DNA of 64,000 nt from the human T2T-CHM13v2.0 reference genome, Homo sapiens: the NCBI RefSeq assembly GCF_009914755.1, contig NC_060943.1; one strand, written 5' to 3'. Under the pieces are notes generated by a model that was not told the DNA's origin, ran no database searches, and saw only the letters and a list, made by a program, of their open reading frames with translations. A program made the position numbers and the translations under genes. Shown here piece by piece: positions 23,592-42,968 of this stretch. Each line of letters opens with the position of its first letter. The first letter of the stretch is position 1.

Positions 23592-26500
23592 GTAAGTACA
23601 TGCTTAGTGTGGTAGCAAACATTAGAGAATCTAGTGGTGATGGAGACCCCGCCCACCCCTAATATTCCCTGTTCCCCATCCCCTCCAAATAACAAAAATA
23701 CTAAAAATCGAGCTAACCTGGAAACCCCATGCCGCAGCCGGCGCTGGACTGCACGTTGCCCTGGGTATAAGTCGACTCACACAGGCACTAACTGGACCGC
23801 CACCCTTGAAGGCGCACTTCTGCAGCCAGTTCCTGGCAGGTTTTCCTGGTTTCCTGTAGGTCAGGGATGGCAAATACTTACACACCGCCCCTGCCTCCCC
23901 TCACATCCCTGGCTGTGGAAGATCTCGCTTAAGCCAGACCAGAATTCATTCTTGGCACTGCCCCTCCTCCTTCTATCTCCTATGCAGATGTCACTCATGG
24001 ATCAGAGCATATTTTTCCACATGGCAGAAATCTTGCCCTCTTGTGCCCATGGCAGACATGGCTAGTTGATCTAGCACTCTTTGCCTTGTGCCGCTCCTCT
24101 AGCACACGCCCATGGCAGACATTGCTAAGCAATCCTAGCATTCTTTCCAAATAAGCTTGCCAGCACTCCTGTTCTATAGCAGATGTGGCTAAGTGATTAA
24201 GGTATTGTTTTTCTCCCTATATGATACCCTCTTCTCTATGCATGGCAGGCATGACTAGTCAATCAGGAGCCTCTTTCCTAGATGCTGCCTCTTGTCCTCC
24301 AGATAAATTGATGAGGCTCTTCTGTTCCACTTACCCTTTCTCCTATCCTTGGCCTGTGACAGGCAACACTAATTGATCCTAGCACCGTTTCCTGCCACGC
24401 CCAGAATTCTCACCACAGTGCTTCAGGTATCTTGTACCAGTCGATTGACATGGCTCCCGAGATGAATCATATTTGCTGTCCATCCCTGCTGTGGGTAACA
24501 CCTCCTTCCTTTGTGCAGAACCCTCAGCTGGGGCCCAGTGTGGGGCGTGAGATGGGCGTGAGGCCCAGTCCAGCCCAGCCCAGCGGGAAGCAGCCTGCTA
24601 CTCATAGCTGAGAACTGAACCCAGCTCAAGGAGCTCACCTCTAGGCAGCCGGCCTCAGCCCGGCTCTTACACTTGGACAGCACAGCCTGGGCCTCCAGTC
24701 CTAGCAGGGGCTCCCTTTTGCTGGACATTCTCCCACTGCCAGCCACCAAGGCGCTGGTCATCCCTGCCACTGCCCTCTGGCGGGGCTCTTCTGGCAATCC
24801 CAGGGTCTTTCTTGTAGCTGAGCCGATCCTATGCCAGGGCCTCGCTGCTCCCAGGGCCTGGGTGTGCAGATAGGGCCATGGGTGGGGCAGTGACGGGAGG
24901 AATTAGTTGGCCTCGGGCTTGTGGTTTTCAGGTTCCTCATGTGTTCCCCCCAGTCCCTTTGAATTTGCCAGGCCAAGACCAGGAACCTGCTTCTCCCTTG
25001 TACCCCAAGAGGTTTAGGGGTTCCTCTTTTCCTACCAGAGGCCACATAGCCCAGCCCCGTCATGAGCGTGGCCGTGGCCTCTGGGTCTCCCATCTGTGGT
25101 TCCCATCTCTACCCGGGAGACTCAGGCCAGGACCCTCACCCAGGAAAGAGACTGGAGCAGCCTGCCAGAGGATCCCTGCTTTGCCGCCCCCTGCCTGCCC
25201 TGCCACCCATACCGCCCCATGTGCCTGCCTGCCTGTCACTGTGCACCCTAGCCCGCAACGGCCTGCCGCCTCTTCTGTCTCTCCCACCCCTACTTCCTTC
25301 TAAGCCCAGTCCCATTGGGATGTGTCCCTTGGATGCAAACCTGACTTTCTGCTGAGGCCTGGCTGCTCCCTTTCTCTGGCTCACAAGTGGTGGATGGCTA
25401 ACGGGCCTTTGTTTGCCACCCACAGCTTGCAGCTCCCTAGGGTGGGATTTTGTCTCTGAACCCGTGTGGAGAAGGGCACCTCAGGGCTTCTGCCAGACGT
25501 CCTGCCCCAAGGCTTGGTGTGCCATCCCCAGCATGGCCCCGATCAGTGCCCTGGCCCTGTGGCCATGCACCCCAAAGTGTAGCGTGGGCCCTGTGCTCCA
25601 GCTCTGACCAACACTAACCCCGGCTGGAGGCAGGAGAGCCAGGCCACCGAGGGGTGTGCGGGCACATCCCTCTCCTTAGAAACCGGGCCAGGCCTAGGAG
25701 TATGGAGGCCTCACATTTCTCTGGGGGAGCACCGACAGCCTGTCTCCCTGTTTTCCCTCACCTGGTTGTCATTCAGTCATGGAACCAGGGTCTACTAAGC
25801 ACTCGTTCTGTGCCCAGCTCTGGGCTGAGACAAGGCAGTGCCCCCACCCCGCTCCCCCCGGGTGAATGGAGGCATTCCCAGACTGCCAGACCTTTGGTGC
25901 TAACACCAGGACGTCCTGGACAGACCAGGAAGAGCTCGTCACTGCGTTCCCAGAGGGGATGCTGTGACCTCACAGGGGCTGCTGGCCTCAGCCCCCTCAC
26001 CCACCACCAGGCAGCCCGTGAATGGCCAGATGCCAGGGGTCACTGCCTGCTCCAAACAACTGTGAGAGTCCTGTCTGCTCATCCCAGGGAGGGATAAGTC
26101 TGTACCCTTGGCCTTAACAAGGGGCGCCCGGTGGCATCTCATGCTGTCCCCAGCCTGGGCAGTGACTTCTGCATGGTCCAGGGGTCCCTGGGTACTCTTT
26201 AGCCACCTCCGTCTTCATGGCCACCTGGGGCTTAGCACTCACATCCAGCCACCAAGGAGCCGCTGGAGCTGTGGGCTGGTGGCCCTGGTTCAGAATGTCA
26301 GGCCCGGGGTGGGTCGGGGTAGTCCGGATGAAGCCCCTCCAGAGGACCGCCCCCGACTAGGACAGCATCTGGGCCCCAGAGGGATTCCTGGAGGCCCCAT
26401 CTCTGGCGCTCCTGCCGTGCCGTGCCCTGCCATGCCCTGCACTGGGGGATGCAGGCCAGCCCTTCGCAGCTGTCCATGGCCATGCTCAGCCCACCCTTTG

Positions 26501-26884
26501 TAGCTTGGCCAAGTCTGTCAGTGCCTGGGTCCCAGGCCGCCCTGTGCGTGCCTCCGTGTGCTTCCTGCAGCTCCCAGGGCCCTCGTCCTGAGTGGGGTGG
26601 GGGGCTCTGCCCACACATGCCTCCAGCGGCCAGGGAGCATGGGAGCACAGCCCCCAGGCTGCCTGCCGTTAGTTGTCAGGTGAGTCCCTGCGCAGGCCTG
26701 GGTTCTGACCCCCACGCAGATGACAGCTACAGCCACACAATCCCCATCCATGGGGTCTCCCAGCCTGAAACCCTGATGTGTCAGTCAAAAGGATGACCAC
26801 CAGGCTTGCAGCCAGCTTGGGACATGAGCCGCGCTCCTTCAATGTCCTTGGGGAGGGCCCCTGGGCTCACACCTTTGACCCTAG

Positions 26885-27493
<609 letters not shown>

Positions 27494-27506
27494 TGAGTCA
27501 CCATTA

Positions 27507-28028
<522 letters not shown>

Positions 28029-28389
28029 TCAGGCATGCAGCCAGCCTCCAGGGGCACCGGGGTTCCATCACTTACACCTCAGTCAGGCCCCTTGCCTCTC
28101 TGGGCCTCAGTTTTTCTATCTGCGAAGTGGTCTAGGATGGTCCCTGCCCACTGTGCGGTGCTTGGCCACAGTGTGCAGAACGATCCCCACATGCTCGTCA
28201 TTATGGGAAGGAAGTGGAGAGGCCCCTGGGTGATGACTGCAGGGAGCAGTGTTGAGTGCTGAGTCATGGGAGGGACTCGTTCACTGCGAGTGAGGGGGCA
28301 GGCCTTGAGCAAGGATACTGCCAACCGGCCTCTGCTCTCCATGCTGACCCAGCATCCCTCCTGATGGTCCTATGTAGAAAAAGATACAT

Positions 28390-29830
<1,441 letters not shown>

Positions 29831-32436
29831 CTGATCAACCCGTTTCTTGCTTAATTCTCTTGACGTAACCATGGCTTAGTGGCCTGGAAGGGAAGCCACT
29901 TCTGTGTGATAGCTTGTTGCTACTCTGATGCGGTCCAGGTTGGCTTTCAAGAGTCCCTGGCAAAGAGAGCTGTGTTTTTCTCATTGTCCTGGTTGCTCTG
30001 GGAGAAGACTGCAGGCTGTCCTGTGAGCCATGGCTGTGTTATGTGGGCAATGGATTTGCGTCTGTAACAGAGGCCCAAAATGAAGGCTCTTAAAGAGATG
30101 AAGTCTGTTTCTTGCTCACGTCTCAGTGAGCTTGGTGACCCTGTGCTGCAAGGCTGTCCAGGGCCTGGCTCCGCGTCTCCTGTTGCCACCTTAACACAGG
30201 GCTCCCTTCATAGTTTAAAATGGCTGCCCCATACCCATCACCATGTAGCCTCTAGCAGCCCAAGAAGGGAAAGAAGGGCCTCTGTGTGTGGGAACTGTGA
30301 GTCCAGCTAACAGTTCTAGCACTTTCTAAGAAGGAAGTGGATATTGGTTGTTTCTGAGCGTGACAGCTGGGGCTTGACACCCGGAAGTCACCAGGATATT
30401 GGTTGGGTGGTGTCAACCCTTCGTGTCTCGTCTCCCCACCTATAAAGTCAGGACTCTGGCCTGTCCCCTCTGGACTGCGGGAACCAGTGGGGGAATTCTG
30501 GTACTTGAGCCCAGGACTGTGCCTGGCTCACTGCATGTGTCCCAGGTTTTGTCCTGGTAACTACCAGCATCAAGTCCTCCCAGCTCCTCTCTGTAGGAGG
30601 GAACCTACCCACCTACCCCCAGTGCACAGAGGAGGAGCTGGAGGCTGTGTCAGGTGCAGGGCCAGCTGGCCAGTCCCCATGGTCCCTGGGATGGCACAGC
30701 CACCAACTCAGTCCAGGCAACCTCAGTGGAGAGGCTGGGGTTGCCTGAGGCCCCTGGAGCCGCCCTGCCTGGCTCTCTTCCCCTTGGGTTTGGGGGAATG
30801 CTCTGTAGGAGTGCCCCCCACTGGGGACTTGCTGGCACCCAACCCAGCCCCAGGATAGGCAGGACTGGGCTTGGAAGTCCCAGACTTAGAGAGAAGGCAG
30901 GCTGGGGGGCCCCGGCTGGCCCCAGGGAGAAGCAAAGAGAGGCAGGCCTCTTGGCTATGGACCCCTGCTCTGTGCTGGGCTCATTGGCTAAGAGAGCCCA
31001 CTGAGGCCACACCTGAGGAGAACCCTACTCCCCGTGAGGAAACCCTCACGCTTGCTATTCGGGTGGCTCTGTGGTCACCCCCATCTAAGGCTCTGAGCGG
31101 TGACTTGCCCCACATCATGGAGCGGGGGAGGGTCCCCCTGGGGTGGAGGCTTCCCCAGTGCACGTCTGCGGGCCCATGCTCCCTGACCTGAGGGACACCC
31201 CAGCCCGACATCCGAACACCTCCGCTGCAGCCCAGGCCTGATGTCCCCTTGACTGAGGACATTGGGGGTGAAAGGATCATCCCGCTCCACATGAGGCCAG
31301 ACGCTCATCTCTGGAATGTTCCTGAAACCTCAGGAGCCCTGAGGCTTCTGCGGGACTCTGGGGCGCTGTTTCTAAACCCAGGGTGGTGGAGTCTGCTGAG
31401 CCACCATACAAGCATTTCTGGGGTCCCTGTGGAAGCTTCCAGAACCTCAGATCCAGCGAACCTCATGGGGTTGGGATGTGGGAGGAGTGTGGAGCCAGGC
31501 GTGGTCTGCAGCCTTCTCCCCGCCTCAGGCACCTCTAGGAACTCACGTGTCCAGATCGGATGGCTCCTCAAAATGGCTGGGGTGGGGTAGGGTGCCCTTT
31601 CTCTTTTTCTCCCCTCTTTCCGCCTTGCAGTGAGAAACCAGCCTGCGCTGTGGTGTGTGGGCTGTCAGGCCGGCTGAGAGCTGGTGCCCTGCCTTTCAGT
31701 TCAGGGCTGTGGGGACCTTCCAGGGTCCCCTGGGTGGGAATGCCAGGCCTGGGGCAGCGAGCCTTGGAGGAGCCTCTGGGCCTGAACCTCAGCCTGGCAG
31801 CTCTCTGCCTGGCAGCATTGCAAGTCTAGTTTTCAGATCTCCTCTTCCTTCACGTGAGGGGCCCTTCGTGTTTTTCTCATCTGAGAGTTGAAAGCCAGAG
31901 CCCCCGACCCTCCCGTGGAGCCCCACACTGGAGTCTGGAGCAGCAGTGGGAGAAGGGCCGGGCGCCGGCCGTAATGAGAAACAGCCGACCTGTGAAAGGG
32001 GCCCTGTGTGAGCCCCAGACACAAAGCAGGCTCCATTCAGGAGGGGGCAGCCATGGAACCTGACCCCCGCCACCACCCAAGTTAGGATCCCAGCAGGGAC
32101 CCTTGGAGTCACACACGTGGCAGCCACCCCTGAGGAGGAGGCCACCCTCTTAGATGCCTCAGTGAGACACAAGACATCAATATCTCTTTATTTAAAAAAT
32201 AAACAAGACATTTACAGCCATGGGGTGGGGATGGCAGACTGATAGGGCCAGGGCCTCCAACCCCTCGGCCGGCCTCGGGGCTCCCTCTGCCTTTCCCCAG
32301 TGCCTCTTCTCCCACCCAGGCCCTCGAATCTTCTATGCGAGGCTCTGCCACAGTGGGAAACGGGGTGGTGGAAAATGACACTCACCTGCCGGCGAGTTTG
32401 GGGGGCCTGTCTCGACGAGCCGCTCACCCAAGCCCA

Positions 32437-32507
32437 GCCTAACCAATGTGCAGACTACTGTACACATTGAGAGCCTCCTGAACAGGTAGTCTGAACACTG
32501 GGTTGGC
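32437..32507 (-). ncRNA. MIR199A1: pre-miR-199a-1; miR-199a-5p at 32480-32502, miR-199a-3p at 32440-32461
   Basis: The reverse complement reads GCCAACCCAGUGUUCAGACUACCUGUUC...ACAGUAGUCUGCACAUUGGUUAGGC; antisense in DNM2 intron 14. Confidence 0.98.
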
Positions 32508-32799
32508 GGGGCCGGCTATCCATCCTGCAGAACCCCCCAGGCAGACGCTGGGGCCACCAGGCCAGGCCGTGCCTCAGCACCTCTGAGCAGCCAAGGAAAC
32601 CACCACTCTTCCCGAGACGATCCGCTCTGTCCCTTCTGACGTGGCAAGGCTGGGGCCGGCTCGCATCTGGAGAAAGTTCTGGGTTTTCAGGAAATCCTAA
32701 AGAGTGGGGGAGGCGGAGCAGGAGGCAGGGTTTGGGATCGTGGCTTCTGGGCTCAGGAGGAATGTCTGACTCTTTGGGGGTCGGGGGTGGGGAGGAGGG

Positions 32800-32851
32800 G
32801 CGCACACACACGTGTGTGTGTGTGTGTGCGCGCGCGCGCACGCGTGCGTGC
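32800..32851. repeat. Alternating purine-pyrimidine tract (CA)n(TG)n(CG)n, Z-DNA prone
   Basis: 52 bp of uninterrupted alternation. Confidence 0.9.
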
Positions 32852-33199
32852 CGGCAGCACCAGGAAGGCGGCCACTGATTTCTCGGCGGAATCGCACTGT
32901 AAACAGTTCCAGATGTGGCATTAGCTGGAATGGCCTGTGACTCAGTTACTTGGCCCTGCTGGCTGGAAGCTTCCGGCCGCGTGATATGATAGGGTCAGGG
33001 CAGCAAAGGCCCTTGGGCAAACGTCCGAGCCGGGGGCAGGGCTTCTGCAGAGCCCCCTCCCCTAGCCCCTTCTAAAGCCCCCAAAACTCTTCCCCGAAAG
33101 GTGGGAGGGACCCAGGCCCTGTGTTACCCAGCCTTGCCTGGGATGACGGGTGCAGGCTTTCTTCATCACCTTCCCTCCCTTGGGTCCGCAGCGGCATCC

Positions 33200-33315
33200 C
33201 TCCCTCCATGGCCACCGGGCCCCTCTCCTATGCTCTGCTCCCTCCATGGCCACCGGGCCCCTCTCCTATGCTCTGCTCCCTCCATGGCCACCGGGCCCCT
33301 CTTCCTATGCTCTGC
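33200..33315. repeat. 38-bp tandem repeat, 3 copies
   Basis: tccctccatggccaccgggcccctctcctatgctctgc at 33201, 33239 and 33277. Confidence 0.93.
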
Positions 33316-34582
33316 CCTACTTCTTTGCCTAGAGCCTGGCAGGCTAATCCTGGAGCCGCTCACAAGAGCAACCAAAGAAAATCCCGGGTGCTCATGGGCA
33401 CCAGCTCTGCAGTGGGCACCAAGCTCCTCCATCCTCCTTGGATAGATGAGGAAACTGAGATGAAATGGGAGGTGGCGGGGAAGTGGCTTGCCCGAGGGCA
33501 CACGGCCAGGAAAGGGCAGGGCTGGCATCACCTCAACCATGCTGAGCTCCTAACGCCCTGAGGCTGAGCCCATGTGCCAAGCCCACTGCTTCATCCTGGC
33601 TCCCCTTGCAAAGTCCTGACAGTCCCAGCTGGCCCCCACTTGCCAGGGAGCCCCCGCTGCCTTCTCCACAGTCACTGTGGCTGCTCCTGAACTTGGAGGC
33701 GGCAGCCAGGTTAGGCTTTGTGCTGGGGCAGCGCAGTGAGGGGACATGAGAGGAGTTTCCAGAGACGGCCCAGGGAGAAGAAGGGCCAGGGGCACTGTGG
33801 GGAGGACTGGGCTTTGGGTCACAGAGACCTGGCCTCTGAAGTCCTGCTGTGGCTTGCGCTGCCTGCCGTGTGGCCTTCGGCAGCCAGCTTCCCTCTCTGA
33901 GCTAGGAGGGATCCGTGAACTGAGACCAAGCAGTGCATGGCATGGGTCCCCAAGAGCTGCTGCTGTGGCGGGTGGGCACACACATCACTGGGTGAGTGTG
34001 GGACTCCAGGGTGCCACCCCCAGCTCCGTGACTCGCCAGCCCCTTGCCCCTGGCCGAGGGGCCCACCTCTGAGCTGCCTCCCTAGCAGTCTGGACAGCCG
34101 TGGCTGGCACTTGGTGCTTCCTGAACAGGGCCAACCTTAGAAAGCAAGTGATAGGGCAGGTGCGGTGGTGCACACCTGTAATCCCAGCACTCTGGGAGGC
34201 TCGCTTGAACCCAGGAGTTTAAGACCAGCCTGGGCAACATAGCGAGACCCCATCTCTATTAAAATAATGATAATGATAATAATAAAGAAAGGGAGTAAGG
34301 CTTCTGCAGCACCTGGCCCAGGACCTATCCAGCCCCAAGATGTCCTAAAGCGGCCAAGGTTGAAATCCCAGCCCTGCTCCTCTCTGCCTCAGTCTTCCCC
34401 TCTGTAAAATGGCATCACAGAGGTAACTCACTCCTAGGCTCGTTTCAAAGATGGAGCCCAGATAAAAGTTCCATTCACTTCGTGCAAGGCGAGGGGCAGT
34501 TGTGTTGTGCGTGCCGTCAGCCACATGTCAGCAGTGAACTCAACAGGAGTCCCTGCCCTGGAGAAACTTGAGTCAGTCCAGT

Positions 34583-34644
34583 GGCAGTCAGCCACCTAGG
34601 TCAATAAGCACAGGCAGTCAGGCACCTAGGTCAACAAGCGCAGG
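34583..34644. repeat. 30-bp tandem duplication
   Basis: ggcagtcag(c/g)cacctaggtcaa(t/c)aagc(a/g)ca, twice. Confidence 0.85.
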
Positions 34645-34969
34645 ATACGTGACGTGTTGTGTGAGGGAAAAGGAGGATGGAGGTGGGGAGGGTGCGGGTA
34701 GAGTTAGGGCAGGAGGGAGCCATGCAAGTGTCAGGATCAGGCAGTAGCCCGGTCGTCCGAAGGCCCTGGGGTAGGAACCCAGGTGGGATACTCAGGGAGC
34801 ATCATGGAGGGCAGCGTGGCTGGGACAGAGTGACGGACGGGGAAGGGCCGGCAGATGGGCTCATATACAGCAGCGACCAGCATTGAGAAGCCCCCGGGGC
34901 TGGTGGTGGCGCATGCTACACGCTCTGGCCTGGGGCATCCTGAGTTGTCACGTGGACCGCTCAGGGTGA

Positions 34970-35101
<132 letters not shown>

Positions 35102-36426
35102 TGAGGGGCCCAGGGGCCTGGGGATGGCTCGGGGTGAAGACCAATGGCCTCATTCACACTCCACAACCTTCACTGAGCACTGAGCACCTGGCTGTCAGCA
35201 GTCCCTGCCCTTGGGACCCAGCTTTTAGAAAGGGGAGTCACGTGAGAAATAGCAAATGCCAGGGATGCTTCCCGTGCTGGGTCAGAGATGACCTCTCTGG
35301 GCAGAGATGAGGATGAAGGCAGGCTCCGAGTCAGTGGGAGCCATGGAGAGTTCTGAGCACAGGGTGACCAGGACCTGGCTCAGGTGCTTGCAGGAGCCCT
35401 CTGGTGGCTGAGAGGGAAACAGTATGAGAGGGTGAGAGATGGGGGACGAGGGCAAAGGCCGCTGCCTTGTCCAAGTGGGCGATGATGGGGCCAGAACCCA
35501 TAGGGAAGGAGGGTGCAGATTCTGGGTAGAAGAGTCAGGCGGAGCCCTGGTGGGCATGGATATGAGAGAGAAAGGCACCAATTGTGACCCTGAGTACGTG
35601 GGCCTGAGCTCCTGCACTGCCCAGCTGCTGCCATTGGCCGAGGTGGGGAAGGCAGCGGCAGGTAGGCCTGGAGACAGCCAAGAGCTCCATTTAGGCCATG
35701 CCAAGGGAGAGGGTGCATCAGGGAGGCACCTGGGTAGATCGAGGAGTGTGATGTCCAGGAACGAGCTCCAGTCTGGGATGTGAACTGGGCAGTCACCATT
35801 GCGTGGATGGTATTTCAAGGAACGAAACCAGATGAGCTCCCAGGAGAGTGAAGCTGGAGAATGGGAGGCCCCAGGAAGCTCACAGTACATCTGTCCCATG
35901 AGGCGTAGCTGGAGACTTTAGCAGAGACACTGCTCTCAGGAAGAAACCCAGCTGGCAGGAGGGCTCTTCCCATGCTCACACAATCACGCTCATCCAGGAA
36001 GCAGGGCCCACCTGAGTCAGGGATTAGCTGTCAGTAAAGGCCCGGTGGTACCCTGAGACCTGTAGGCAGGCACTGACGTCCTCCCTGCTGGCCCCAGAAC
36101 CTCCTTGCCTACTGCTTGGCTACACCCACCAACTCCAGCTGAGTCTCCTGGTTCCCTCCTGCTTTGCTCTGGCTGGCCTAAAGCTCGAGACCCATTTGTC
36201 CACCAGCTGGCCGTGAAAACCTTCATAGCTCTTCTAGGCTTGCCCCTGGCCATATGACACCTGGCAGCTGTCCCAGGTCCCTGAGCCGTGTGCCTCCTGT
36301 ACAGGGAGGGTGACAATATTATCTGATATATCTTTTAAGAGCAGGTTCAGGAAACCCAGAGTAGTAGCTGCAAAAACAAGATAAGATGGTTGATAGTTTT
36401 TTGTGTAAATTAAGTCCAGACTTTAG

Positions 36427-36998
<572 letters not shown>

Positions 36999-37216
36999 TG
37001 ACCACAAACCCAACTCTCACTTAAAGGCTTTGTGGGCAGCTTGGCTGTCTTAACCACACCTGGATGTGGGACAGGAAAATGTGCGTGGCATGTGGCACGG
37101 GGCCTGGCCTGTAGACCACCATCTGCAAGCACTGTTTAGCATCCATTCCATTTATCTCCCAGCTTTGAGACCCTGGTTCTTTTTTCTTTTTCTTTTTCTT
37201 TTTTTTTTTTTTTTGA

Positions 37217-37534
<318 letters not shown>

Positions 37535-37537
37535 TAG

Positions 37538-37822
<285 letters not shown>

Positions 37823-37920
37823 TAAAAAACACACAGGCCGGGCACGGTGGCTCACGCCTGTAATCCCAGCACTTTGGGAGGCCGAGGCAGGTAGGTCACG
37901 AGGTCAGAAGATCGAGATCA

Positions 37921-38646
<726 letters not shown>

Positions 38647-38676
38647 TCACGGTGACCCCTCAGCATGACCAGGTGA

Positions 38677-39183
<507 letters not shown>

Positions 39184-39992
39184 TAGAGTGAACATGGCCA
39201 CCCTTGGCCCCAATATTAAAATGCCTTGCCGGGCACGGTGGGTGGTTCGCCCCTGTAATCCCAGCACTTTGGGAGGCTGAGGTGGGCAGATCATTTGAGC
39301 TCAGGGGTTCGAAACCAGCCTGGCCAACATGGTGAAACCCCGTCTCTACTAAAACTACAAAAATTAGCCAGGCATGGTGGTACGTGCCTGTAATCCCAGT
39401 TACTCAGGAGGCTTAGGCAGGAGATCGCTTAAACCCGGGAGGTAGAGGTTGCAGTGAGCTGAGATCACGCCATTGCACTCCAGCCTGGGCGACAGAGCAA
39501 GACTCCATCTCAAAAATAAAATAAAATGTCCCAAGGTTGGGTGTGGTGGCTTACACCTGCAATCCCAACACTTTGGGAGGCAATGTGGGCAGATCCTTTG
39601 GGCCCAGGAGTTCGAAAACAGCCTGGGCAATGTTGCAAAACCCTTCTCTCCAAAAAATACAAACATACCCAGGCATGGTGGCGCACCCCTGTAATCCCAT
39701 CTACTCCAGGGCGCTGAGGTGGGAGGATCACTTGAGCTCTCCCTGGGAGGTTGAGGCTGCGGTGAACTGTGTTTGTGCCACTGCACTGCAGCCTGGGTGA
39801 CATAGCAAGACTGTGTCAAAAAAAAACAAAACAAAAAAACAACGTTCCAATGCCCAGGTGAGGGGATCCACCCCAGCATCAGCCAGGGTCACCCCATTGT
39901 TTGGGCAGCTCTGGCCCAGGGCAAGCAGGCCTATCTGGTGCCAGTGGGGCTGTCAGGGGCCAGCCTGAGGTCAGTTATTGGTGGGACAATAG

Positions 39993-40262
<270 letters not shown>

Positions 40263-40484
40263 TAGCTGGGTGCGGTGGCTCACGCCTGTAATCCCAGCAC
40301 TTTGGGAGGCCAAGGCGGGCGGATCACTTGAGGTCAGGAGTTCAAGACCAGCCTGGCCAAAACGGTGAAACCCCATCTCTACTAAAAATACAAAAATTAG
40401 GCTGGGCGCGGTGGCTCACACCTGTAATCCCAGCACTTTGCGAGGCCAAGGCGGGCGGATCACGAGCTAAGGAGTTCGAGACTA

Positions 40485-41210
<726 letters not shown>

Positions 41211-41601
41211 TTAACTTAGGCTGGCATCAGAATAACTGCAGGAGGGAGAACGGCCATCTTCCCCATTTCACAGACAGAAAACAAGGCCAGAGAGATCAAG
41301 TAACCTGCCCCAAGTTCCTTAGGAAAGTGGGAAGTGGGATTCAAACCCACGTTTACCCTGGTTGCAACCATACCCTTGGGTTGTGTTGGGCAGCCGCTGT
41401 GTCCTAATGATCTGGGGCCCAGCCTCTTCCTCATGGGCGTCACCCGCCTGGCCCCGGGTTCCCTGGAGACTCTCAGGGCTCTGGGCTCCTCTTCAGTGAA
41501 ATGCAGCTGTACTGATAGTATCTCCAGCTCAGGCTGCTAGAGGGCTCAGGGCACTTGTGTATCAGGCCTTTGGCATGGCACTAGCCACTCAGGAAGCTTT
41601 A

Positions 41602-41730
<129 letters not shown>

Positions 41731-42440
41731 CTACAAAAAATTTAAAAATTAGCTGGGCGTGGTGGCAAATGCCTGTAGTCCCAGCTACTCAGAAGACCGA
41801 GGTAAGAGCATCACTTGAGCCCAGGAGGTTGAGGCTGCAGTGAGCCATGATTACGCCACTGCTCTCCAGCCTGGGTGATGGAGCAGGAACCTCTTTCAAA
41901 AAAAAAGTGTCTTGGGTTTTGTATATGAATGTCAACCACAGAAACCTGCGGATCTAAGTAAAACTCCCACACAGGGTGTGGCTGGGCATGGTGGCTCACA
42001 TCTGTACTCCCAGCACTTTGGGAGGCTTGGCAGGAGGATCACTCGATCCCAGGAGTTCAAGACCAGCCTGGACAACATAGTGAGACCCCATCCCTATTTA
42101 AAACACACACACACCTCCCACGTGCCATGCCCTCCCACCCTGTTGCTCCCATTCTCAGTAGTGATCAGTGTTCACAGTTTCATGGTGTCCTGGTATGTTT
42201 CCTCATATACCGATAGGATCGGAGACATATACGGTTCTTCTGCTATGAAATTTAAAATGCATATATCCTTTGACCCTGCAAGTTTACTTTTAGGAACTTC
42301 TCTAAGAGAGACAATTGCCCACGTGCAAAGTGAGCTTATACATGCTTATTGTTTTCCATGATGTTTTATAGCAGCCAAAGATGGGACATAATTATCCATT
42401 TTTAATAGACTCTTATAAAATAAAAATATTTTATTATTTA

Positions 42441-42668
<228 letters not shown>

Positions 42669-42671
42669 TCA

Positions 42672-42968
<297 letters not shown>

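Noticed and set aside
23980-24395. Repeat-spacer appearance reminiscent of a CRISPR array
   Set aside because: This is a human intron, the repeats are highly degenerate and there are no cas genes; it is kept only as a degenerate tandem repeat.
25218-25245. CATGTGCCTGCCTGCCTGTCACTGTGCA resembles the reverse complement of the miR-214 3p arm, hinting at a relic miR-199/214 cluster
   Set aside because: There is no partner arm, the sequence is low-complexity CTGC repeat, and it lies in a different intron from MIR199A1, unlike the DNM3 arrangement.
34583-34644. Two AGGTCA half-sites as a nuclear-receptor element
   Set aside because: The 30-bp spacing comes from a local duplication and is not a canonical DR/IR spacing.
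35282-35899. 205-aa - strand ORF
   Set aside because: It lies in GC-rich, L2-like intronic DNA with no coding signature.
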